This document shows positions 49,244-61,314 of a DNA stretch of 64,000 nucleotides, in pieces. Location of the stretch: NCBI RefSeq assembly GCF_006345805.1, contig NC_043009.1, forward strand, positions 57,040,001-57,104,000, in the 5' to 3' direction. How positions within the stretch are numbered: position 1 is the stretch's first letter; every line of letters starts with the position of its first letter. The stretch is from Octopus sinensis (Eukaryota). Position numbers and translations under genes: made by a program. Below the pieces are notes generated by a model, which saw nothing but the letters and a program-made list of their open reading frames with translations, ran no database searches and was not told the DNA's origin.

Positions 49244-50004
49244 GTGTTATCATGTACATTGTTTTGTCTGTGTTATCATGTACATTGTTTTGTCTGTGTT
49301 ATCATGTACATTGTTTTGTCTGTGTTATCATGTACATTGTTTTGTCTAGGTATAAAAGATGGGCTACAGCAAATATTCTGCTCAATACCACAGATTTGCT
49401 TGTCAGTTGTTTGACTTTAACCAGTTGAACATGTCCCATCTGCAAGGTCATGATGACATTTATCTTGATATAAGATCACCATGTCGCGCACATATGGTTG
49501 TGATGCATGTGCCTGGTGTACCTTTATCAGACGGGTAGTCATGATGGGTATATTGGACTTTGTATATTTTACCCCAGTGTCACTTTGATGGCATGAACTG
49601 CTCTCTCACTCAATAATAATATAATAATAATAATAAGTGTTATCATGTACATTGTTTTGTCTGTGTTATCATGTACATTGTTTTGTCTGTGTTATCATGT
49701 ACATTGTTTTGTCTGTGTTATCATGTACATTGTTTTGTCTAGGTATAAAAGATGGGCTACAGCAAATATTCTGCTCAATACCACAGATTTGCTTGTCAGT
49801 TGTTTGACTTTAACCAGTTGAACATGTCCCATCTGCAAGGTCATGATGACATTTATCTTGATATAAGATCACCATGTCGCGCACATATGGTTGTGATGCA
49901 TGTGCCTGGTGTACCTTTATCAGACGGGTAGTCATGATGGGTATATTGGACTTTGTATATTTTACCCCAGTGTCACTTTGATGGCATGAACTGCTCTCTC
50001 ACTC

Positions 50005-50005
<1 letters not shown>
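49244..50005 (+). repeat. Apparently identical 393-bp tandem duplication of a retroposon-like 3' end with (AAT)n tail
   Basis: Units start at 49244 and 49637; each opens with 4 copies of the 26-mer gtgttatcatgtacattgttttgtct and ends ctctctcactc(aat)n. Confidence 0.92.
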
Positions 50006-50048
<43 letters not shown>

Positions 50049-51562
50049 TAATAATAATGATAACGAGGGGAAGAAGAAGAATCTACAATCCATGAAAAAA
50101 ACTTTTACATGGTTTCTGTCTCTCTATCTTCTCAGTTTCGATCATAAAGCTTGCATCAACCTGGAAGCTATAAAAAAAAAAGACGCCCAATGGGATTGAA
50201 CTCTGAAACTCAGTTTTTAGAAACAAACTTCTTAACCAGTTCGTCATACTGCATTGACATACCCACCATCGGCTGTTGACACTCACATTATTATAGTCAC
50301 CAATCCAACTATTATAAGCATATAACAATCATCACTTTACACCAGATTTAACCCTTGCGATACCAACCCAGCTGAAACCACCCCTGGCTCTGTAGTATAA
50401 ATGTCTTGTTTTCATAAGTTTTGAATAAAAATCTTCCATGAAAACTTAGTCACAATTTATGATCCTTACACCAGCTTAATGATAACTAAGTTATTTTACT
50501 AAATTCTTTGTTATATTTAAAATTAATTGAAAGAAACACAAAGCATCTCAAAATAAATACAGTAATGAAAGGGTTAATATCACCAATGGGCCTTTGGTAG
50601 CTTTTATTGAATCTACTCTGCTGTAGACATCTGAAGGAGCACTCTAGTGAATGCATAACTCTATCTTTTCTTCGTATCACTTTCAGAGTCCCTGAAAAGC
50701 CCATCAGTATTGCATTTTTTCCTCTGTTTAAACCTTCAGCATTTAAACCAGCCATATCCAGCCCAAATATTCTGTCTGTTTCATGTCCAATCCAGCCAGA
50801 CAAGGCTTTGCACACCTACCTTATAATGTCGCTTTGGAGATGAACAATTACATCATTGAACTCTCAAGTCAACGTCAATAAATCTGCATTACATTTGACC
50901 GAGTAATCCTGAATGCTAAAGGGGTAAACCAGGAGTGCCCACCCAGTTGACTACAATCAATTTGATTGTGAAGCAACATTTGGTTAGTCATGGAGCAATG
51001 ATCTATACATTTTGTATAATAAGTAAGAGAAAATATGTGAAGCATATTTCCCATTCACAAATCCCATTAAATTTAAATACAAAATAATTATGAATGATAA
51101 GAATCAACTTCAATGCCTGCATGTGTTTAGCTACCAGTAATTATGAATGTAGTTTTGTCACCATTACAGGAGATATACATACAATATATATATATCATCA
51201 TCATCATCATCATCATCGTCATCGTTTAATGTCCGCTTTCCATGCTGGCATAGGTTGGACAATTTGACTGAGGGCTGGTGAACCAGAAGGCTGCACCAGG
51301 CTCCAATCTGATCTGGCAAAGTTTCTACACCTGAGTGCCCTTCCTAATGCCAACCACTTCGAGAATGTAGTGGGTGCTTTAATGTGCCACCGGCACGAGG
51401 GCTAGTCAGGTGGTACTGGGATCGACCATACTCAAATGGTGCTTTTTACGTGCCACCGGCACAGGAGCCAGTCATGCGACACTGGCAACGATCACACTGG
51501 TGCTTATATATATATATGATAATCATGATAATCAAAATAACAGGAACATAAGACACCTATCC

Positions 51563-52021
51563 ATGAATAATCCAACATCTGAAGTTGTTCCTACTGCATG
51601 TAAGTGTAGAATTAAGTCAAAATGCCCGGCACCTGGTCTATGCGGGGTAAATAACGTAATCTATAAATGTACCATATCTACTGAGAATAACAAATTTTTT
51701 TACATTGGTTGTACGATAAATTTTAGAGATAGAGTTAGAAATCACGTCTCATCTTTTAAATTACGTCATAAAGCTGGTACCACCACACTTTCAAATAAGA
51801 TCTGGGAACTCAAAAATAATAATAGGAATTATAACCTTAATTGGGAAATAGTTAGAAGAGCAATGCCGTATAAAAATAACAGGGTTGGTTGCCAACTCTG
51901 CTCCATGGAGACGTATGAAATTCTAAAGCATAGAAAAAATAAGGGTTTGTTAAATAACCATATTGAATTAGGTCAAGTTTGTGTCCACGCTAAATTGAAG
52001 ACTCTAAAATATTTTAAATGA
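51563..52021 (+). CDS. Intact Penelope-like GIY-YIG endonuclease, 152 aa, with no adjacent RT
   Basis: MNNPTSEVVPTACKCRIKSKCPAPGLC..NVIYKCT..FYIGCTINFRDRVRNH..SF..TTLSNKIWELK..WEI..AMPY..CQLCSMETYEI..LLN..EL..CVH..LK*. GIY (VIY) and YIG motifs, conserved Arg/Glu/Asn and Cys/His Zn ligands. The ORF-track start at 51410 lies inside a family C repeat; the first own ATG is 51563. Confidence 0.85.
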   Translation: MNNPTSEVVPTACKCRIKSKCPAPGLCGVNNVIYKCTISTENNKFFYIGCTINFRDRVRNHVSSFKLRHKAGTTTLSNKIWELKNNNRNYNLNWEIVRRAMPYKNNRVGCQLCSMETYEILKHRKNKGLLNNHIELGQVCVHAKLKTLKYFK

Positions 52022-53320
52022 ATATCCGTATAGAATAATTCATAACAAGATAGATAGATAGATATAACTGGTTTTTACTAGTATAGCATAACTTTAATTT
52101 TTTAAGTAGATAACTGCGAACTCTCACACTACAGTTATTTTTTTCTTTATAACTGCACCTGATTTTGAGCACAAGGAAACAAATAGTACTTGTACGTTGC
52201 TTAAATGAGGTTTTATTTAATTTTAAAATTAAATTTTAATTTTTAATTTAATTTAATCTAATTTAGGTAACACAACTTTAATAAAATAAGTTACTAAGGC
52301 TTCATAATTCTATTACAAAATTAAATAAGTAATGCTACTCCCTTGAAAGTAGTATGAGAAATTTCAGTATAATAGACAATTCCCTCACACCTTGTAAACT
52401 ATTGACCTGTAGTCTGTCAATGTATAGATAGTAACGGCAACAATTTAAGACAGTAACAGTAATAAATAAATAAATAAATTTAAATGACCTCTTGTTAGGA
52501 TTGCACTTATTTTTTTCTCTTAATGTATTTCCTTTTGATGATAGCCTTTGACCCCTCTATCCCTGACTTTATTATCTTTTTAGATTCTCATATCTGCTTT
52601 CAGCTACGCCAGGTTGACAATAAATAGCTGTTTATTGATCAAAAATAATATTCTCCTTATAGTTCTTAGATTCCTGCAAATTTCGAAGCCAGCCAGGCCG
52701 TCTACAAATTCTTCTGTGTAGTTGGTCACCTGCGACCCCTTTTCCCTCTCAGTTGTCACAGTATACTCTATGTGGGCGTTTTTTCTTTCTCCCTTCTTTC
52801 TTTTTTCTTTTTCTTTTTTCTTTTCTTCTCCCCTTTTTTCTTCTCCCCTTTTTTCTTTTTTTTCCTTTTTCTTTTTTCTTTTTTCTTTTTCTTTTTTTCC
52901 TTTTCCTTGTCTCTTTTCTTCTCTTTCCTTTCTTTTCTTTTCTTTGCTCCACAAAAATTCCTTCAGCCTTTAGAAGTCATAACATAGCAATCTTGTGAAG
53001 AGAACAGTAATGTGACAAATACCTTATCATATAGCATGAAATTATACCCACCTCATTGTGGATTAACCATGGATAAATTATTCGTCTGTGAGTATGAAAT
53101 TCCTCCTCATATCTCTGGAAATTTACATCTACACTACGGATTAATTCACCTTCTCTGTGAAGCTAATAAGCTTTTTTTAAAAACCTGTGATAAGACTGTG
53201 CATCATCATTAAAGAACTTTGGAAGTCTGTTTACAACCTAAATCTGCTTTTAATGAAATTATCTCCAATACTTCATGAGTATAGCCTCACCCACTAAGAT
53301 GTTTGGAGAACTCATATGTG

Positions 53321-53411
53321 TTTTAGCTGATGAGTACGGGACACTTTTATCTGCTGCAATATTTGCAACTTTTAATAAAGCCTGTCTTTGTATGAAACAA
53401 TTGTACTAAAA
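53321..53411 (+). ncRNA. Type I hammerhead ribozyme with long multi-segment stem II
   Basis: UUUUAG-CUGAUGA-GUAC-GGGACA-CUUUUAU..UGCAA-uau-UUGCA..AUAAAG-cc-UGUCUU-u-GUAU-GAAA-CAAUU-GUA-CUAAAA. Perfect 6-bp stem I, palindromic stem III, GUA triplet. Confidence 0.85.
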
Positions 53412-53451
53412 ACTAATCCATTCTTGTTGCTTCTTTCTCGTGTATATATAT

Positions 53452-53505
<54 letters not shown>

Positions 53506-53507
<2 letters not shown>

Positions 53508-53805
53508 GGGGTTGGACAAAAGAATGGAAACACCTAGCATCATAATTTTGAAATATCTATAAAACCATCAAAAGCTTGTCTATTTTTATTTTTAGTGTTG
53601 CTTAATATGTTTTGCTAAAATTGCTGTTTCTTTTCAGATATCATCAGAAAAAGGTAATTAAAATTACTTAGCAACACTAATAATAAATCAAAAAAACATA
53701 AAAATCAAAAAACATAAAAATAAACAAGCTTTTGACAGTTTTATAGATATTTCAAAATTATGATGCTATGTTACTAGGTGTTTCCATTATTTTTCCCAAC
53801 CTCTG
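53506..53805. mobile_element. Tc1-like MITE with long (~95 bp) TIRs
   Basis: caggggttggacaaaagaatggaaacacctagcatcataattttgaaatatctataaaac... is mirrored by ...gttttatagatatttcaaaattatgatgct..ctaggtgtttccattatttttcccaacctctg. Confidence 0.8.
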
Positions 53806-54240
53806 TGTGTATTATACACACACACACACACACATATTGAATATATTTTATATATACATATATCATCATCATCATCATCATCATCATCGTTTAGCATCCT
53901 TCTTTCATGCTGGCATGGGTTGGATGGTTTGACAGGAGCTGGCCAGGCTAGAGCCTGTGCCATGCTTCTAAATGTGTTTTGGTATGGTTTTTTTATGGTT
54001 GGATGCTCTTCCTGTCACCAACCACTCCGTAGAGTGGGGTGAGTGCTTTTTACGTGGCATTCACACAGGTGAGGTTAACTTTGGCTTGTTTTTTTTTCTA
54101 CAGCTGGATGTCCCTTCAAATGCTAACCACTTTACATTGTGGACTGGGTGATTTTTACGTGGTACCTGCACTGGCAGGGTCACCAAGTGAGTTTGCAAGG
54201 CAAAGGGGCTTTGAGAGGAGAGGAAGCATTGGAGGAAGTG

Positions 54241-54275
<35 letters not shown>

Positions 54276-54330
54276 TGGATGGATATCATGCCAGCATGGA
54301 AAGTAGATGTTAAATGATGATGATGGCATA

Positions 54331-54801
54331 CAGGGTTTGCCAAAAGTCACCTGACAGTAAATCGAAATTCCATAAATACTTAATATTCAGTTTTATTAAG
54401 GCGGCAAGCTGGCAGAAACGTTAGCATGCTGGACAAAATGCTTAGCAGTATTTTGTCTGTCTTTACATTCTGAGTTCAAATTCCGCTGAGGTCGACTTTG
54501 CCTTTCATCCTTTCAGGGTCGAGAAATTAAGCACCAGTTGCATACTGCGGGTTGATCTAATCAACTGGCCCCCCTCCCCAAAAAAGTTTGGGCCTTGTGC
54601 CTAGAGTAGAAAAGGATATTCAATTTCAGTTATTCATTCCAATTATGAATATTTAATAATTGAATGCTGTGAGTTAAAATCACCATTTTCTCTCAACATT
54701 TGTCTATTTATTAGCAAAGTCGCATATAAAACAATTTTTTTGTTTTAATCTTGGAATTAAATGGTTTTGATTTACTCTCAGGTGACTTTTGGCGAACCCT
54801 G
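54331..54801. mobile_element. Tc1/mariner-like MITE interrupted by SINE A2
   Basis: TA|cagggtttgccaaaagtcacctga ... tcaggtgacttttggcgaaccctg. Confidence 0.8.
54397..54615 (+). mobile_element. SINE family A with alternative tail (A2)
   Basis: Same head and body as A1 but ends in ...ccccaaaa..ggccttgtgcctagagtagaaaag. Other A2 copies at ~1-205, 243-440, 2005-2230, 2320-2455, 6925-7056, 37897-38220 and 55860-56065. Confidence 0.8.
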
Positions 54802-55040
54802 TGTAAATGTGTGTCTGGATGAATGCATGTGTGTGTGCATATGTGTGCGTGCGCACGCACATGTGACTGCAGCTGATGGTTGCCACACATTATAATGAAA
54901 TATAACGCCCAAATTACAGAGAGTTGGCCATGTTTGAGTTAATCCATGTAAAATCAGAATATAATAGTCATTCACACAATGAATCAAACACATTTAACAT
55001 AAACAGAACTAATTTATTCACGCTTGGATGTACTGAATCA

Positions 55041-55293
55041 TTGCTGCAAGAGGTGGTGGTGGTGGTTGTAGTGGTGGTGGTGGTGGTAGTGGTGGTGGTA
55101 GTGGCGGTAGTGATGGTAGTGGTGGTGATGGTTTTGGTGGTGGTGGTGGTAGTGGTGGTTGTAGTGGTGGTGGTGGTGGTGGTGGTTGTAGTGGTGGTGG
55201 TGGTAGTGGTGGTGGTGGTTTTGGTGGTGGTGGTGGTAGTGGTGGTAGTGGTGGTGGTGGTTTTGATGGTGGTAGTGGTAATGGCAGTGGTGG

Positions 55294-55324
<31 letters not shown>

Positions 55325-55345
55325 GCAGCTGTTGCTGTTGTTGAA
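55041..55345. repeat. (GGT)n/(GTA)/(GTT) trinucleotide tract
   Basis: Directly visible; produces the poly-Val and poly-His ORFs. Confidence 0.95.
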
Positions 55346-55691
55346 GTCTTCTATTAGTTTGCTCGATTTTGCTTGACTTAGTCAAGCAGGCAAACCAAGG
55401 TTTTTCAGACTGATGGCCATGTCCTTTTAGGAGTGTCTAAGAATTACTAAAGCAATCCATTTGCCGTGTCCAATCAAATACTATAAAATATTTGAACTAG
55501 CTATAATAATAATAATAATAATAACAATAATAATAATAATAATAATAATAATGAAATTATTGTATACAGTGCTCAGGTGCACCACAACTTGTCAAAAGTG
55601 CACATAGTTGTAAACTCTGTCCATTGGGGACTACCTGACACTTACAGTACCCCCCTTTTTTTTTTGTCATCCACCCTTATTCCTTGCATTA

Positions 55692-56824
55692 CTGCATTTA
55701 CCAGTGTATAAGAAGTGCACTTTTCTATTTTTTAAGTATCAAAAAATTTGCCCTACATCTAATGCAGCAGGAATATGGATGGGAGACCAAGTGTCGTTGG
55801 CTAGGGAACTGGATAAGCATAAGTCTGCTCGGCACAATAACTGTTACCAATGATCCTTTATAATGAAGGCACAAAACCTGAAATTTGAGGGGAGAGGATT
55901 AGCTAATTACATCACCCTTAATGCCCAACTGGTACTTGTTTATCAATTCCGAAAAGATGAAAGACAAAGTCAATGACGCTGGAATTTCAAGTCAGAATGT
56001 AAAACCAGAGGAAATGCCATTGAGCATTCTGTCCAGCATGCTAGTGATTCTGCCAGATTCCCACCTTATAATTGTTACTTATTATAAAACAAGCAAAACG
56101 CCCCACCACCACCACCACCATCCAATGGACGGTGCTGAGTTGTCAAACATTTAAACCAAATTTTCTCAAAACAACTTGTCTGACTGTCCCATAGGCCTCC
56201 CCTTTGAGAAACACTGATTTAACTATGCCTGTACTCTTTTACTTGTTTCAGTCATTTGACTGCAGCCATGCTGGAGCACCGCATTTAGTTGAGAAAATCG
56301 ACCCCAGGACTTATTCTTTGTAAGCCTAGCACTTATTCTATCAGTCTTTTTTGCCGAACCGCTAAGTAACAGGGACGTAAACACACCAGCATCAGTTATC
56401 AAGCGATGTTGGGCAGTGGGACAAACACAGACACACAAACACACGCACATATATATATATACATGCATATACATATATACGACGAGCTTCTTTCAGTTTC
56501 GGTCTACCAAATCCACTCACAAGGCTTTGGTCGGCTCGAGGCTATAGTAAAAGACACTTGCCCAAGGTGCCACGCAGTGGGACTGAACCCGGAACCATGT
56601 GGTTGGTAAGCAAGCTACTTACCACACAGCCACTCATGCACTGTATGATGAAGCCTACTAAATTTGTTTTCATCCACAAATTATATACTTGTAAAATAGG
56701 GTGCATCTTATGCAGGTGTGCATCTTATGCAAGAGTGCATGTGCATCTTATGCAGAGTGCATTGTGCATCTTATGCAGGAGTGCATCTTATGCAGGAGTG
56801 TATCTTATACACCAGTAAATGTGG
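55692..56824. mobile_element. pogo/Tc2-like MITE split by SINE insertions, with tandem ~17-bp subterminal repeats
   Basis: Left TA|ctgcatttaccagtgtataag; right cttatacaccagtaaatgtgg; gtgcatcttatgcag repeated about 6 times at 56700-56810. Confidence 0.6.
56235..56635 (-). mobile_element. tRNA-derived SINE family B (central microsatellite, CR1-like tail)
   Basis: Head gtggctgtgtggtaag...ggttccgggttcagtccc, then accttgggcaagtgtcttc, a (TA/TG)n middle and tail ggtgctccagcatggc..gtcaaatgactgaaacaag. Other copies at ~2605-3010, 5725-6400, 7190-7350, 8430-8585, 11435-11745, 15935-16340, 19770-20035, 31540-31750, 40360-40780, 43600-43815, 57325-57775, 58820-59195 and 60710-61110. Confidence 0.85.
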
Positions 56825-57489
56825 CACCTCATTATATCCAGTTCTCCTCCATAGAATGTCAAGAAAACCAATCTCAACAATTTGGGGGTGGGACTGCTAA
56901 GGTTATAGGCATAGCTACTTAACCCTCATAACACAAGTTCTTGTCAACCTGTCCAGTAGCCAGTTTGGTTCCCCAGCCCCCTTGCTTAAACATAATATAC
57001 CATTGTCCACAGTAAATACATGTACAGGAAGTGGTCACCCTGTGTGGTCTACACACTACACACAACATCACTGCTTTACTCAAATTAAACTATTGAAATA
57101 AAAAAAATAATAATAAACATTATCAATGTAGTGTTTATTAAACAGGGTGAGGGCTTCCCCTTGAAGAAGAAGGACACTGTGACTTCACGAAGGGGAGGGC
57201 TACAGGAAGTGCTGTGTGTTCAGAGAGGGTTTTGACTTATCTTGGGCTTAAAACATTTAAAGTAGACACAACATTTGCACTTCAACCAGATATGATACAT
57301 GAATACACATTTCTTATCTTTTACCTCTTACTTGTTTCAGAGGCCATGCTGGGGCAATACTTTGAAGAGTTTTTAATTGAATGAATCAACTCCAGTATTT
57401 TTTTAAAATCTTGGTACTTATTCTATCAGTTTCTTTTGCTGGATTGCTAAATTATGGGGATATAAACAAACCAACACGGGTTGTCAAGT

Positions 57490-57541
<52 letters not shown>

Positions 57542-58723
57542 ACACACACACACATGCACACAAACACAGATAGATACCCACGCCAATATGGACAATGGAT
57601 GTTAAATGAGAGGATGATGACAACAAGCTTCTTTCAGTTTCAGTCTACCAAATCCACTCACAAGGCTTTGGTCAACCTGAAGATAAAGTAGAAGACACTT
57701 GCCCAATGTGTTACACAGTGGGACTGAACCAGGAACCATGTGATTGGGAAGTAAACTTCTTAGCGCACAGCCATGCCTAAGTATATATATACATATATAT
57801 TGTGTTTGTGCGTGTGTGTGTATATATGTGCTGGTGGCATGTAAAAAGCACCATCTGGACATAGATGATGCCAGGTCTGCCTGACTGGCTCCCATGCCAG
57901 TGGTGCGCAAAAAGCACCATCCAAACATGACTGATGCCAGTACCTCCTGACTGGCTCCCATGCTGGTAGCACATAAAAAGCACTATCCAAACATGATCAA
58001 TGCCAGGACTGCCTGAGTGGGCCCTGTGCTGGTGGCATGTAAAAAGCACCATCCGAACGTGGCCAATGTCAGTACCCCGTGACTGGCTCCCATGCTGGTG
58101 ACACGTAAAAACATCATCCGAACGTGGCCGATGCCAGTCCTTCCTGACTGGCTCCTGTGCCATTGGCATGTAAAAAGCACTATCTGAACGTGATCGATGC
58201 AAGTGACAGTGACATGTAAAAAGCACCCACTGCATTCTCGGAGTGGTTAGCGTTAGGAAGGGCATCCAGCTGTAGAAACATTGTTAGATCAGATTGGAGC
58301 CTGGTGTAGCCGCTGGCTTTTCAGGCCTCAGTCAAATCGTCCACACCAGCATGGAAAACGGACATTAAACAATGATAATATATATACATACATATACACA
58401 AACAACAGGTTTCCACACAGTTTTCCTCTATTATATTCACTCATTGGGCATCAGTCCGCCTGGGGTTTGCATAGAAGACACTTTCCAGGACATGTTTCTA
58501 CACAGTGGAAGAAATCCAGAAACCATATGGTTGCAAAATGAGCTTCTTAACCACGCAGCAATTTCCAGCACTAGTTTTTTTCACTTTTTTTTTCAAATTT
58601 TGTAGGGTTTTTTTGTTTTCCAAAACATAGGAAGGGGACATTTGTAAAACACCATTACATATAAAATAGCAGAACAAGGAAAGGTTGATAACTACTGATC
58701 AAATGTATTCTTTCCTTTCAGAC

Positions 58724-58950
58724 CAGTGGTTTTCAACCAGGGCCCATATGGCCCTTGGGGGTCCATATAAGATTTTGTTGATAAAATATATATCCAATAA
58801 ATTGTATATACTTCTACTTGCTTCTCAACCACATGGTTCTGGGTTCAATCCCACTGCATGGTACCTTAGGCAAGTATCTTCTACTGTAGTCTCGGGCAGA
58901 CCGAAACCTTTTGAGTGAATTTGGTAGACTGAAACTGAAAACAGCCTGTC

Positions 58951-58984
<34 letters not shown>

Positions 58985-59340
58985 GTTTGGGTGTCTGTGT
59001 TTGTCCCCCCAACATCGCTTGGCAAATGATGCTGGTGTGTTTATGTCCCTGTAACTTAGTGGTTCAGCAAAAGAGACTGATAGAATAAGTACTAGGCTTA
59101 CAAAGAATAAGTCCTGGGGTTGATTTGCTCGACTAAAGGCGGTGCTCCAGCATGGCCACAGTCAAATGACTGAAACAAGTAAAAGAGAGTAAAGAATAAT
59201 TCCTTGTATTGAAATATTGAATTATAAAAATACAGTAGGAGTTCTTAGTCATTGGCTTGCTATGAGGGTCCCTCTCTATCCCTACTGAATAAGATAAGAA
59301 TCAAAGGGGTCCATAGGAAAAACATTGTTAAGGACCACTG
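58724..59340. mobile_element. hAT MITE with nested SINE B
   Basis: Ends cagtggttttcaacc / ttaaggaccactg; perfect 8-bp TSD tttcagac at 58716-58723 and 59341-59348. Confidence 0.88.
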
Positions 59341-60782
59341 TTTCAGACAGTATGAAGTATAATCTGTGGGAGAATTGCCTGCTATTTCTAGACTGTCAAG
59401 TGACTGTGCAGTGGCTCCCTGGTGCACTCACTGAAGGGTGAAGAATGATGATAATGGTGTGTAATTATTACAGACACACCAGTCATAACCTACTCTTTCA
59501 CGTTCATTCAGACACAGGGCAAATACAATGACTGATTTATGATCTAAGACTTTCCAATCATGACCTATTGGCTTTTTTTTTTACAAGACACAGTGCATCC
59601 AGGATTACATTATCCAGTGTCTACTTCTTTTTAAAAGGCAATACACTATGATTTGAAGGAGTTTTGGCTGCTATTTCAAATGACCACATAGTGATTTCCT
59701 CTACCAGGCTTGTACTTAGAAAAATTATCTTTCTCATTAATCCTCCTTAAGTTTTGTCTTCTTTATTTCGTTCTCCTCACCACTCCCTCCTTCCCTCCTC
59801 TCTCTCCCTCCCTTCCTCTCTCTCTACGTCTCTCATTTTATTTCCCTTTTCTTTAAGACATCTCCCTCCATTTCTTTCCATCTCTTATTTCTGGATTGTT
59901 CTCTGTCTCCTCCTTCAGTTGTCCCTATACTATTCCATACATGCAAATGTGTATGCGTGCTTACACAGATACACACATAAACATACACACACATATACAT
60001 ACACACATATATATATAAATACACACACATATATATATGTATATTATATGTATATGTGTATATATATACACACACACATATATATATATACGTATATATA
60101 TATATATATACACACACATATACATACACACATACATATATATACACACACACATATACATATACACATACCTATATACATACATATACATACCTACATA
60201 TATATATATGTGTGTGTGTGTGTGTGTAGGTATATATATATATATATGATATATATATGTGTGTGTAGGTATATATATACACATACACACACGCACACAC
60301 ATGTATATACAGACATAGACACGTCTGTGCGTCAGTGTGCATGTGTGTGTCGTCGTGTATGTAACAATGTACGAGGCACGTGCCATGAGTAAAGACACCC
60401 AGAATATGCTGTTGGCATTTCCATAGTAAATTGTCCAGTAGAAAGAACTTATTAGCATAAGGACAATATACATCAGATTTCTCAGGTTCTTGTTTGTATT
60501 ATTTAAATAACAATATCAGGCTCTCACCTGATCTGTTGTGAATCACAGAAAATAAGAATGGGAAACAAAAGGGTTTACTTTTTTGCAATACATTCACACA
60601 GCTTTTCTTGCTCCTGTTCGTGTGCTGCTTTACACTCTGCATTACTTTATTAAACAGCTTTAGTCAATTTCTTAAGAAACCTATTATTGTGTGTTCTTTT
60701 ATTCTTTTATTCTTTTGCTTGTTTCAGTCATTTGACTGCAGTCAAGCTCGAGCACCACCTTAAATGGTATTTGAGCACTTTT

Positions 60783-61014
60783 AGGCGGCGAGCTGGCAGA
60801 GACGTTAGCACGTCGGACGAATTGCGTAGCCGTATTTCCTCTGCCGTTACGTTCTGAGTTCAAATTCCGCCGAGGTCGACTTTTCCTTTCATCCTTTCGG
60901 GGTCGATTAATTAAGTACCAGTTACGCACTGGGGTCGATGTAATCGACTTAATACCTATGTCTGTCCTTGTTTGTCCCCTCTGTGTTTAGCCCCTTGTGG
61001 GTAATAAAGAAATA
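60783..61014 (+). mobile_element. SINE family A1 nested in a family B SINE
   Basis: 17-bp TSD ggtatttgag(c/t)actttt at 60766-60782 and 61015-61031; interrupts a family B copy (~60710-61110). Confidence 0.85.
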
Positions 61015-61314
61015 GGTATTTGAGTACTTTTTCTATCAGTCTGTTTTGCTGAACTGCTAAGTTGCAGAGGCTTAAACACACCTACATCAACTGTCAAGCA
61101 ATGGCAGAGGTACAAACACAGACACACACACATAAATGTGTGTGTTTGTATGTGTGTGAGTTTGTACCTTCGTCATCACCTGACAACCAATGTTCGTGTG
61201 TTTAAGTTCCTGTAACTTAGTGGGTCAGCAAAAAAGACTGATAGAATAAGTATAGAATAAGTATTAGGCTTACAAAGAATAAGTCCTAGGGTCAATATAT
61301 ATATATATATATAT

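Noticed and set aside
51410-51562. N-terminal extension of the GIY-YIG ORF given by the ORF track
   Set aside because: Starts at a non-ATG codon inside an antisense family C repeat and crosses (TA)n; not part of the element.
52155-52200. Hammerhead-like CTGATTTTGA...GAAACAA..TTGTA after the GIY-YIG stop
   Set aside because: Core has a 3-nt insertion, stem II does not pair and stem I is poor.
52604-52954. Lys/Glu/Arg-rich minus-strand ORF
   Set aside because: Mostly the complement of a (T/C) low-complexity tract inside the Penelope-like unit.
54924-55385. Poly-Val and poly-His ORFs
   Set aside because: (GGT)n microsatellite; no splice context or unique coding flanks.
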